Assembly: GCA_902386255.1 (NCBI GenBank)
Contig: CABMII010000138.1
Span: 15,660-39,659 of the forward strand
Length of the DNA: 24,000 bases
Reading direction: 5' to 3'
Source of the DNA: an uncultured archaeon
GTDB lineage: Archaea > Halobacteriota > Methanosarcinia > Methanosarcinales > Methanoperedenaceae
The position numbers and the translations under genes were made by a program. The notes beneath the pieces are model-generated. The model ran no database searches. It was given only the letters and a program-made list of their open reading frames with translations, and had not been told where the DNA came from. Each line of letters begins with the position of its first letter. The stretch's first letter is position 1. Positions 1 through 7,569 of this stretch are shown piece after piece.

Positions 1-790
1 AATGTCCGTTCAGCCTTTCATTAATTTTTTTGCGTTCAATAATATCATAGAAAACCACTACAACACCAATGATGCTATCCCTGTCATCTTTGATGGCTGA
101 ACCGATAACGTCAACAGGCATTTTCGTACCTTCTTTTGCTATCAAAACTGTATGATCCGCCAGACCGTAGAAACTGTCTTCTTTGATTGCCTTTGTTATG
201 GGATTTTCAACAGGTTTGTCCACTTCCTCGCTGGCAATCTTGAAGACAGATGTGAGGGATTTTCCCAGAGCATCTTCCTGCTTCCAGCCGGTCAGAGCTT
301 CAGCAATAGGATTCATAAGTTTTATGATCCCTTGCGGGTCCGTTGCAATCACTGCATCCCCGATACCATTAATTACCGCAAACAGCCACCGGTTTCTCTC
401 GTTTAATTCTCTTTCTGCCATATGCTTGTAGAGAGCTATCTCAATATTGATGTGTAATTCCCTTTCATTGAATGGTTTGATGATATACCCGTACGGCTCT
501 GTTATTTTTGCCCTTTCCAGTATTTTTTCATCCGAATAAGCTGTGAGGTACACAACCGGGATATTGAAACGGGAACGTATCTCTGACGCTGTTTCTATCC
601 CATCCATTTCACCCTGCAGAACGATATCCATCAGCACCAGGTCAGGCCGTTTCTCCTCTGCCTCCATAATAGCCATCTTTCCTGAAGATGCTACCGAGCA
701 CACCGAATATCCCAGGTTTTGCAGGCATCTCCTGATGTGTTCCCCAACAATAATTTCATCTTCAACAACCAGTATTTGTTTTTCAGTCAT
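1..790 (-). CDS. Response regulator receiver + PAS domain protein (partial; C-terminus runs off the window start)
   Basis: The minus-strand frame is open from the ATG at 790-788 to position 1, so it is absent from the ORF track because no stop lies in the window. My translation is MTEKQILVVEDEIIVGEHIRRCLQNLGYSV...RPDLVLMDIVLQGEMDG...KPF, a CheY-like receiver. It is followed by a PAS-like segment (INGIGDAVIATDPQGIIKLMNPIAEALTGW). The ATG overlaps the TAA of the upstream gene (TAATG). Confidence 0.85.
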   Translation of the reverse strand, partial: MTEKQILVVEDEIIVGEHIRRCLQNLGYSVCSVASSGKMAIMEAEEKRPDLVLMDIVLQGEMDGIETASEIRSRFNIPVVYLTAYSDEKILERAKITEPYGYIIKPFNERELHINIEIALYKHMAERELNERNRWLFAVINGIGDAVIATDPQGIIKLMNPIAEALTGWKQEDALGKSLTSVFKIASEEVDKPVENPITKAIKEDSFYGLADHTVLIAKEGTKMPVDVIGSAIKDDRDSIIGVVVVFYDIIERKKINERLNGH

Positions 791-2934
791 TATTTCCCTC
801 CTTTAAATTTTATTCTGAATCTAGTCCCTCCTGCACGTTCTAAATCGATTTGGCCATGGAGCTGGTTTTCTGCCAGTATTGTTACGAGGCGCAGACCCAG
901 CGACTCGGTTTTCCTGAAATCCACATCGCTGGGGAAACCTACTCCGTTATCGCTGACTACAAGTTCAAACATATTTTTATTAAAAGGATGAAGGGAGACG
1001 CTGATTTCACCAATTCTACCATCCGGGAATGCATATTTCAAAGAATTAGTTATCAGTTCGTTGATTATTAGTCCGCAGGGGATTGCAAAATCAATTCCAA
1101 GCGAAGTATCCCCGACATTTAGATTCAATTTGACTGTGCCAGCTTCGACACCGTGAGATTGCAGCAGGCCGCTTGCTAAATCCGTGATATATTCATTGAA
1201 CTCAATTTTTTCCAGATCCCTTGAACGATAAAGCTTTTCATGGATCATATACATGGACATTATCCTGTTACGGCTGTCCTTGAACATTTCAAGATACTTT
1301 TTTTCCTTTATGGATTCGGCCTGGAGACCCAGGAGACTGGAAACTATCTGCATATTGTTCTTGACACGGTGGTGAATCTCCCGCAAAAGTACTTCTTTTT
1401 CTCTGAGGGAATGTATGATTTGTTCTTCCGCCTGTTTACGCTCATTAATGTCCCGGATTATTGCCATCTCCGCCGGTTTACCCTCATAATCAATTAAAGA
1501 AGCATTTACTTCAACGGGTATGTTCCTGCCATCTTTTGAAATGATTTTTATTTCATATTTATTCTGGACTTTCTCACCGGACATTCTCATTTTATAGTTA
1601 TCGATTACGAGTCCTCTGCAATCTGAAAATATGAAGTTACTGAATGGTTTTCCAACTGCCTCAGTTATTGTGTAGCCCGCGATTTCAGCCATCTTTGAGT
1701 TTATAAATTTCAGCAAGCCATCCTGGATAATAACAATTCCATCATTTCCTTTTTCCACAAGAGTTGAGTATTTTTTTTCACTTATTTGCAGCGCCTCTTC
1801 AGTCTGCTTGCGCTCGGTTATATCGCGCACCTCGGCAACCATGTAATTATTTTCTCCAAGAACTATGAAACTAACATTCACCTCTATAGGAAATATTGTG
1901 CCGTCTTTGCGTCTGTGCGAGCCTTCCAAAATTAAATGCCCTCTATTCCGGACTTCCTCAACATGTTCTTTCCAGGAAAATTGATCAGGTATATTGATTT
2001 CAAAATCCATAACACGCATATCAAGGATTTCTTCTCTATTGTATCCCAGGTTGGTACATGCTTTGTCATTTGCATCCAGAATACGCCCTGTTTCGGGGTC
2101 GTTGACAAAAATAGCATCGTTTGATTGGTCGATTAGCTTGCGGAATAACAGCAGCTTCTCCTCTGCCTGCTTGCGTGCGGTTATATCTCTTACAATGCAT
2201 ATATGCCCGTCATAGTTACCATTCTCATCCCACAAGGCGGTGCCTCTAACTTCTATCGGGATGTTCGTGCCATCTTTCTTTATACCGGGGAACTCTCCAC
2301 TGAGCCTCCCAACATTTTTATTGTGAATGGTGCGGTCTAATTCCAATTCCGTTGCGGCTATTGACTCTGGAGGTACGAGTTTTCGCCACGTTTCTCCAAT
2401 AAGTTCCTCTTCAGCATAGCCATAAATCTTTGCATATGCCTCATTCATGTATATGTACCGGTCTTTTTCATCTGCGATTATGATTCCATCGTTACTGTTG
2501 TCAATGGCTTTGAGAAGCCTCTCTTTTTCTTTTTCAGCTTTCCTGTATTCGATCTTTTCCTCAACCTCCCGTAATGACCGATGCACGGCCGGGGCAAGGC
2601 GGGATAAACGATCTTTGAGGATGTAATCAGTTGCGCCGCTCTTTAGCGATTCGATAGCAAAGTCCTCACCGATTGTTCCCGAGACAAATATGAAAGGTAC
2701 ATCAGGGCATTTTTCTTTTGCAATCCGCAGGGCAGAACATCCATCGAATGACGGAAGAGTGTAATCAGCAAGGATGAGGTCAGGCGCAAAATTCTCAAGA
2801 TTTTCCAGGAAAGCCTCTCTCGTTTCCACACGGTTTGACGTAAACGTGAAATTTGCTTTTTTCAGTTCGTGCTCCATCAACTCAGCATCTGCATTATCAT
2901 CTTCAAGTATCAGTATGCGAAGTTGTTTATTCAT
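790..2934 (-). CDS. Hybrid sensor histidine kinase: N-terminal receiver, three PAS domains, HisKA_2-type H-box, HATPase_c
   Basis: 714-aa ORF. The receiver is RILILEDDNADAELM...DLILADYTLPSFDG...KD. There are three PAS-like units, each ending in (V/I)RDI(T/N)(A/E)RKQ(A/T)EE. The H-box HHRVKNNMQIVSSLLGLQ is typical of HisKA_2. The C-terminal ATPase motifs are INELITNSLKYAF and DNGVGFP. Confidence 0.9.
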   Translation of the reverse strand: MNKQLRILILEDDNADAELMEHELKKANFTFTSNRVETREAFLENLENFAPDLILADYTLPSFDGCSALRIAKEKCPDVPFIFVSGTIGEDFAIESLKSGATDYILKDRLSRLAPAVHRSLREVEEKIEYRKAEKEKERLLKAIDNSNDGIIIADEKDRYIYMNEAYAKIYGYAEEELIGETWRKLVPPESIAATELELDRTIHNKNVGRLSGEFPGIKKDGTNIPIEVRGTALWDENGNYDGHICIVRDITARKQAEEKLLLFRKLIDQSNDAIFVNDPETGRILDANDKACTNLGYNREEILDMRVMDFEINIPDQFSWKEHVEEVRNRGHLILEGSHRRKDGTIFPIEVNVSFIVLGENNYMVAEVRDITERKQTEEALQISEKKYSTLVEKGNDGIVIIQDGLLKFINSKMAEIAGYTITEAVGKPFSNFIFSDCRGLVIDNYKMRMSGEKVQNKYEIKIISKDGRNIPVEVNASLIDYEGKPAEMAIIRDINERKQAEEQIIHSLREKEVLLREIHHRVKNNMQIVSSLLGLQAESIKEKKYLEMFKDSRNRIMSMYMIHEKLYRSRDLEKIEFNEYITDLASGLLQSHGVEAGTVKLNLNVGDTSLGIDFAIPCGLIINELITNSLKYAFPDGRIGEISVSLHPFNKNMFELVVSDNGVGFPSDVDFRKTESLGLRLVTILAENQLHGQIDLERAGGTRFRIKFKGGK

Positions 2935-2964
2935 AAATTATTTCAGAATTCACTACGAGATGGA

Positions 2965-3408
2965 TCATTGCGGCTGTTTATTTAATAACATCCAGTACAT
3001 TCCCAGTTGTGAAACCGCCTGGATGAACTTGTCAAAATCCACAGGCTTGACGATGTAGCTGTTGACACCGAATTTATAACTCTCCACCAGATCCCGCTCC
3101 TCGTGGGAAGAGGTAAGTACCACTATCGGTATCGTTTTTGTCCGCTCATCGGACTTAACCTTATGCAGTACCTCTAACCCATCCACCTTGGGCAGCTTCA
3201 GGTCAAGAAATACCACTTTCGGTTTGTTCCCGATGTTCCGCCCGGCATAAGCGCCCGTGCCAAAAATAAATTCCAGCGCTTCCGCCCCGTCTTTCACCAA
3301 ATGTATCTTGTTGGCAAGATTATGTTTTTTCAATGCCCGCAGCGCCAGCTCGGCATCGTTAGGATTGTCCTCTACTAACAGTATTTCAACTTCATTCATA
3401 TCAGTCAT
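2965..3408 (-). CDS. Stand-alone CheY-like response regulator
   Basis: Receiver motifs: [38 protein letters not shown] place the start at the ATG at 3408-3406 ([14 protein letters not shown]), which overlaps the kinase stop as ATGA. The track start at 3441 would add 11 non-conserved residues inside the upstream gene. Confidence 0.85.
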   Translation of the reverse strand: MTDMNEVEILLVEDNPNDAELALRALKKHNLANKIHLVKDGAEALEFIFGTGAYAGRNIGNKPKVVFLDLKLPKVDGLEVLHKVKSDERTKTIPIVVLTSSHEERDLVESYKFGVNSYIVKPVDFDKFIQAVSQLGMYWMLLNKQPQ

Positions 3409-4853
3409 ATTTTTGTTCCTCCATCTAAAAGTGTAAAACAAAATGTTGCGCCTTCGTTAACTTTTCCTTCAGCCCATACCCGCCCGCCGTGCCTGTGGAT
3501 AATGCGCTGGACAATGGCAAGCCCGACACCAGTCCCTTCGAATTCATCCGCGCTGTGCAGCCTCTGGAAAACCCCGAATAATTTATTTAAATACTGCATA
3601 TCGAATCCGACGCCGTTGTCTTTAACACAATAGACATTTTCATTCCCTTCTCTCCTGCCGCTAAACTCGATAACAGCTTTCTCTTTCGGCCTTGTGAATT
3701 TAATGGCATTGGACAAAAGGTTAACAAAAACCTGCCTGATCATCGACTGGTCGCCATGTGCAGATGGAAGCGTTTTAATATCAAGTTGTATTGCCCGTTC
3801 GGGTGCAGTTGCTTTAAGCTCGTCGAATACGGATTTTGCAAGTTTAGCCATATCTATTTCGGATATTTCCATCTGCTTGCGTCCCAGGCGGGAGAGAGAG
3901 AGGAGGTCCTCAATAAGCTGCCCCATTTTCTGTGTGTTGTCCCTGACAATGTTCAGCAACCGCCCGGCTTCGCTGTCAAGCTTATCCGAGTAATCTTCCA
4001 GGAGTACCCTTGAGAAACCGTCGATTGCCCGCAGCGGCGCGCGCAGGTCGTGGGAAACGGAGTAGCTGAACGCTTCAAGTTCTTTATTGGCAGCCTCCAG
4101 TTGCGTGGTGCGTTTGATGAGTTCATTCTCTGCGCGTTTGCGTTCTTCAAGCCGCTGTGTCGCTTCCCCGTATAGCCTCGCATTCTCCGTGCTTCGGTGA
4201 ACGAGTTCCCGCGATGCGTTGCGCACGAATGCGAATAGGGAGCCGTAAAGAATAAGGAAGCCTAAACCGATGCTGCTCCAGACAAAGTTGCGTATCTTGG
4301 CCAGGGCCGGCTCAAGTACGCTCATATCGTGGTATATCTCATAAGCGCCTGCTACTTGCTGGGAGTCGGCAGGCCGGAGGGGTACTATCACTTCTATCAG
4401 GTTGCCGAAACGTTCGCGTTCAGCCTCATTCTCCTCTTTTTTCGGGGTTATAATAGTTACTATCTGTCCGGCTAAAGCCTTTTTGAGGTCTTCATCTGCA
4501 GGGTAGCTTTTTCCGACAAGATCTTTTTCATCCGAATATATCAGCAGCCCGTTGCGGCTCCATATCTTGACGCGGACGACACGGTCGTTCAGGACGTTCT
4601 TGCGGATCAGTGCGTCCACCTGTGCGTACCTGGCAGGGTCGAGAGGACCGGATAATTCTGCCTGCTGCAAGTTCGGGTTAAGAAGGGTGGCGACGTGGTC
4701 TGCGGCGTCCTCGCCTGCATTTTGAAGTGCATTGTATTCCATCTGCTGCTGGATGCCCCACGCCAGGGCAATGCCGATTGCAGCAGTAATAACAAGACTG
4801 ACTATCGTGAATTTGGTTAAAAGATTGAGCTCTGGCAATCGTTTTATTTTCAT
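3405..4853 (-). CDS. Membrane-bound sensor histidine kinase (two TM helices flanking an extracytoplasmic domain, coiled coil, HisKA, HATPase_c)
   Basis: 482-aa ORF. TM1 is [20 protein letters not shown] and TM2 is [20 protein letters not shown]. The H-box is [21 protein letters not shown] boxes are [17 protein letters not shown] and [10 protein letters not shown] strong SD-like GAGGCGATC lies immediately upstream of the ATG (minus strand). Confidence 0.9.
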   Translation of the reverse strand: MKIKRLPELNLLTKFTIVSLVITAAIGIALAWGIQQQMEYNALQNAGEDAADHVATLLNPNLQQAELSGPLDPARYAQVDALIRKNVLNDRVVRVKIWSRNGLLIYSDEKDLVGKSYPADEDLKKALAGQIVTIITPKKEENEAERERFGNLIEVIVPLRPADSQQVAGAYEIYHDMSVLEPALAKIRNFVWSSIGLGFLILYGSLFAFVRNASRELVHRSTENARLYGEATQRLEERKRAENELIKRTTQLEAANKELEAFSYSVSHDLRAPLRAIDGFSRVLLEDYSDKLDSEAGRLLNIVRDNTQKMGQLIEDLLSLSRLGRKQMEISEIDMAKLAKSVFDELKATAPERAIQLDIKTLPSAHGDQSMIRQVFVNLLSNAIKFTRPKEKAVIEFSGRREGNENVYCVKDNGVGFDMQYLNKLFGVFQRLHSADEFEGTGVGLAIVQRIIHRHGGRVWAEGKVNEGATFCFTLLDGGTKI

Positions 4854-4974
4854 CTGATCGCCTCGCTATTCACAGCATCCTTTCGTCAAAATGAAAGAGT
4901 TTCCCAAAAGTTTGTTTTTTCTAATAGACATGCAGTCATCCTTTAAGCGCTGCAATATTGTATGATTCACCTGG

Positions 4975-5012
4975 ATATATACAAAGTTGTGAGGAAAGTG
5001 TGAAATCCGCTT
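4975..5012. promoter_or_regulatory. TATA-like box plus conserved motif AGTTGTGA-N5-GTGTGAAAT-N2-GCTT (copy 1 of 2)
   Basis: The plus strand reads ATATATACAA AGTTGTGA GGAAA GTGTGAAAT CC GCTT. The same blocks, with identical spacing, recur at 6317-6357. Both copies are intergenic. Confidence 0.4.
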
Positions 5013-5077
5013 GCATACAGTTCACCTATGCTAAAAATAAAATCACTGTTAATATATTGATTTATGAAAAGGCGTAA

Positions 5078-5506
5078 CTATTTCCTGTTGAAAAGCTTGA
5101 ATTCCCCGAGAAATCTTGGAAATTCCATCATGCTGATTTTTTCAACCAGATGAGGAAGACTGTTGAAATCGGGTTTTGCAAGCAAGCTATATGATCTGGT
5201 TTTTTTCTTTTTTTGGTTTGCATCCTCATCAGCCGCAGCCGGTACTTTGTCCGAAACTATTTTCCCGTCTTCCGGGATTTTATGCCCCCCTTCTCCCCTG
5301 TCCCTGCTCGCCTTTCCTTTTATTTTTCCTTCATAATAATAAGTTTCAGGCGATTTAATCCCAAGAGCCAGGGCTTCTTTTATGAGAGCATCGTATTCTC
5401 TTAATACCCAGCCAATTTCCGAGTGATTCTTGTATCCGACTTCAAATCCCAGCTCGGAAATCTTTTTTATGAGATGTTCTTTATCTTCCTGTTTAACTGT
5501 AATAAC
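5078..5506 (-). CDS. Hypothetical protein; 142-codon open frame with no ATG/GTG/TTG start near its 5' end
   Basis: My minus-strand translation is VITVKQEDKEHLIKKISELGFEVGYKNHSEIGWVLREYDALIKEALALGIKSPETYYYEGKIKGKASRDRGEGGHKIPEDGK...LLAKPDFNSLPHLVEKISMMEFPRFLGEFKLFNRK, ending in TAG at 5080-5078. The frame opens right after a TAA at 5509-5507, 10 nt downstream of the KaiC-like gene stop. It is absent from the ORF track because no canonical start gives 60 aa or more. An AAGGGGT SD-like sequence lies 8 nt upstream of an in-frame ATT. Confidence 0.4.
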   Translation of the reverse strand, partial: VITVKQEDKEHLIKKISELGFEVGYKNHSEIGWVLREYDALIKEALALGIKSPETYYYEGKIKGKASRDRGEGGHKIPEDGKIVSDKVPAAADEDANQKKKKTRSYSLLAKPDFNSLPHLVEKISMMEFPRFLGEFKLFNRK

Positions 5507-5516
5507 TTAAAACCCC

Positions 5517-6272
5517 TTAATATTTTTTCAGTGGTTTCAGGACAATTAAACCTTTATTCGTGAATTCAATAACGCGCATTTCACAGTCGTGCTTTGTTCC
5601 CCGCATCTTGATTATCTGCAACGCTCTCACCATTCCTTTCTGGTTATCCAGGAAATTATGTAGAAATATCACGCCGTGAGATGCGAATTGCTCAATGGTA
5701 TAGGCATCAGGCTTGGTAAGCTCGGATAATAGGAGTGTGGTGCATCCAAGGGTTTTAAGATTCCTGATGAACCTGCCTATGGATTTCTCTTCCTGGGCAG
5801 GATGCGATGAAGTGAACCTGATGGCTGATAATGAGTCTATTACCAGTCTCTTGATATTGTGCTGCTTTACCACCGCCTCTACATTCTTGAACACGGAATA
5901 TGGCGTGGGAGGGGCGTTATCGGGAGATTCGGCTTCATGCTGTTCATAATTTGGCGTTATAAACTGAGAAACTTCTTCGTATTCCCCGTATTTGGTCGTC
6001 GGCCCAAGATCTAAAAAAAACAGTTTTTTCTTGTTGACCAGTTCTTCGATGTGCAGAGCGTACCGGGACATGTCTTCGACAATAGTATCTGCGCTCTCAG
6101 ATAATACAACGTATGCACCGGCTTCCCCGGCAAGCGCACCGGCAGCTAAAAATTGCACTCCGAATGTAGATTTCCCGCTGCCTGGGGAACCGCTGACCAG
6201 ATACTGCCTATCCTTAAGAAAACCTCCTTCAATTAGCTCATCAAATCCTTCAATTCCTGTTTTCACTCTCAT
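5517..6272 (-). CDS. KaiC/RecA-superfamily ATPase (ArlH/FlaH-like)
   Basis: N-terminal sequence is GIEGFDELIEGGF with Walker A GSPGSGKST. Walker B-like is KRLVIDSLSA. The C-terminal KMRGTKHDCEMRVIEFTNKGLIV is typical of archaeal KaiC-like proteins. I set the start at the ATG at 6272-6270 (MRVKTGIEGF), which has a GAGGT SD 5-8 nt upstream. The track start at 6371 adds 33 low-complexity residues. Confidence 0.75.
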   Translation of the reverse strand: MRVKTGIEGFDELIEGGFLKDRQYLVSGSPGSGKSTFGVQFLAAGALAGEAGAYVVLSESADTIVEDMSRYALHIEELVNKKKLFFLDLGPTTKYGEYEEVSQFITPNYEQHEAESPDNAPPTPYSVFKNVEAVVKQHNIKRLVIDSLSAIRFTSSHPAQEEKSIGRFIRNLKTLGCTTLLLSELTKPDAYTIEQFASHGVIFLHNFLDNQKGMVRALQIIKMRGTKHDCEMRVIEFTNKGLIVLKPLKKY

Positions 6273-6316
6273 ATTCAACCTCGTGCTGCTCGAATAGGAG
6301 CGACAATGATTTAGTG

Positions 6317-6357
6317 TATATATAAACGCAGTTGTGAAGTTTGTGTGAAATATGCTT
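6317..6357. promoter_or_regulatory. Divergent promoter region: palindromic TATATATA box plus the conserved motif AGTTGTGA-N5-GTGTGAAAT-N2-GCTT (copy 2 of 2)
   Basis: The plus strand reads GTATATATAAACGC AGTTGTGA AGTTT GTGTGAAAT AT GCTT. It lies between the KaiC-like gene (minus, ATG 6272) and the ArlCE-like gene (plus, ATG 6435). The TATA box is about 45 nt from the minus-strand ATG. Confidence 0.4.
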
Positions 6358-6434
6358 AATAACACGTACATATAATAAATCTAAATTACGAAAAAATGTA
6401 AAACTAAAGAATAACATATTTATAAAAAAATAAT

Positions 6435-7565
6435 ATGAAGGATAAAAGGGCGATGTTTGAGGATATTTCAGATAAGTTTAAAAAATTAAAGATGCCGGAA
6501 GAGTCCCTTATTAAAAAAATAGAACGGATAAAAAAGACTCCCGACACAGTAGTACCAATAGCCGAAGGTACTCAACCAATAACCGGAGGTACTCAACCAA
6601 TAGCAATGCCTGATTTATCCGAACAGGTTAAAAAAGCGCAGGAAGAAATTACACAGAAGATTGATGAGATAGTGAAATCCAAGACCGAGCAACTCAGCGC
6701 CACAACCGAATCTATCAAGGAATATGATGTAAAAATCAGCAAAGTGGAAAGTGCAGTCTCAGCCACAAAAAACCGGGTGGATGAATTTAAAGAGAGATTG
6801 GATAAAATAGACGAAAGCCTTCTTGAATTATTATCTTTATACGAAGTGGTTTCCAGCACTGTAAACCCGTTTGTTGGCGACAAGGAAAACGTTCCGAATG
6901 AAAAAATCGAACAAATAGAGAAAAAAATCGAGGCTTTAAGCCAGAAAGCGCCGGAACTGCCCCAGGATATGAAAGAAGAATATGATATTAAATTCAAAGC
7001 CCTGGAGGCCAGTTTGCAGGCATTGACAGAAGTGATTAATTCAACAGCATTGAACCAGGATGTTCTGGTAAAAAATGTTTCAGAACGGGTATTGGAAGAG
7101 ATAAAACCCTTAATCGAACAAAAATCCCTGCAGCCGGTTATGGGCACTGACGAGCCATCATCCATTGTGCATGAGCAGGTAGAGAGCGCAGTTCCTGCAA
7201 CAAGAGCCGGTGGGGAGGTAAAACTGGAATATCTGGACAACAAAGCTGAAACGTCTATTATCCTTCTTAACTGGATAGAATTTTTACTTGAAAAAGTGGG
7301 AAGGAATAATCTCACAGAAGTCCTTGAATATTATATTGATATAGGATGGATAAGCGAGGAAGTTTGCGAAAAAATGATAGCTTATGCTAACGGGATAGAT
7401 TATTACGTGGAACGGCCAACCTGGAAACTCCTCCCTGATGACCATACGAAATCGCTTATGTTCATTGAGCAGCTAAAGGGAAAGAAGCTTGATAAAACCA
7501 TGCTGTCAAAGCTTGAAAGAGACGTAGAAAAAGTAGTCCGAAGCACCGAAGTTTACATTTCTTAA
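6435..7565 (+). CDS. Archaellum accessory protein, ArlC (FlaC)-ArlD/E (FlaD/E) fusion-like
   Basis: A coiled-coil N-terminal half ends in LSLYEVVSSTVNPFV (nt about 6831-6875), the FlaC_arch signature as I recall it. The C-terminal LNWIEFLLEKVGRNNLTEVLEYYIDIGWISEEVCEKMIAYANGI matches the FlaD/E-domain pattern (W..L....G.....L.YY...GWIS). Confidence 0.75.
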   Translation: MKDKRAMFEDISDKFKKLKMPEESLIKKIERIKKTPDTVVPIAEGTQPITGGTQPIAMPDLSEQVKKAQEEITQKIDEIVKSKTEQLSATTESIKEYDVKISKVESAVSATKNRVDEFKERLDKIDESLLELLSLYEVVSSTVNPFVGDKENVPNEKIEQIEKKIEALSQKAPELPQDMKEEYDIKFKALEASLQALTEVINSTALNQDVLVKNVSERVLEEIKPLIEQKSLQPVMGTDEPSSIVHEQVESAVPATRAGGEVKLEYLDNKAETSIILLNWIEFLLEKVGRNNLTEVLEYYIDIGWISEEVCEKMIAYANGIDYYVERPTWKLLPDDHTKSLMFIEQLKGKKLDKTMLSKLERDVEKVVRSTEVYIS

Positions 7566-7569
7566 TTGT

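Noticed and set aside
3405-4853. A higher-GC histidine kinase as a horizontally transferred island
   Set aside because: The judgement is only by eye. The fpo genes also reach about 50-55 percent GC in places, so the variation may be normal for the genome. Without windowed GC and codon statistics against the whole genome, the claim is not supportable.
5078-5080. The TAG stop of the start-less ORF as a possible pyrrolysine read-through codon, since Methanosarcinales can decode UAG as Pyl
   Set aside because: The downstream in-frame extension is only about 33 codons of AT-rich promoter-like sequence with no protein-like character. Nothing in the window (no pyl genes, no methylamine methyltransferases) supports Pyl usage here.
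5176-5404. Two overlapping plus-strand ORFs (60 and 63 aa) in the 4854-5516 region
   Set aside because: Their translations are Phe/Pro/Leu-rich and low-complexity. They are antisense to a much longer, better-looking open frame (5078-5506, minus strand).
6273-6371. The N-terminal extension of the KaiC-like ORF (track start 6371), and likewise 9607-9726 for the HEAT-CheC ORF
   Set aside because: The extensions encode low-complexity, aromatic-rich peptides and run through TATA-like promoter sequence. The internal ATGs at 6272 and 9606 fit the domain starts, and for 6272 there is a well-spaced GAGGT SD.
6567-6602. A 21-bp duplication in the ArlCE-like gene (GGTACTCAACCAATA twice, encoding GTQPI(T/A) twice)
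   Set aside because: It is real but trivial: a single in-frame micro-duplication in a linker region, with no indication of function.
6593-7315. A 240-aa minus-strand ORF antisense to the ArlCE-like gene. Similar long antisense ORFs lie inside fpo genes and others: 10759-11292, 13646-14218, 12473-12886, 7658-8215 and 20784-21218.
   Set aside because: These are shadow ORFs opposite well-supported genes. Their products are Ser/Cys/Arg-rich or low-complexity with no recognisable motifs, and they lack SD sequences. The sense-strand genes carry clear family signatures.
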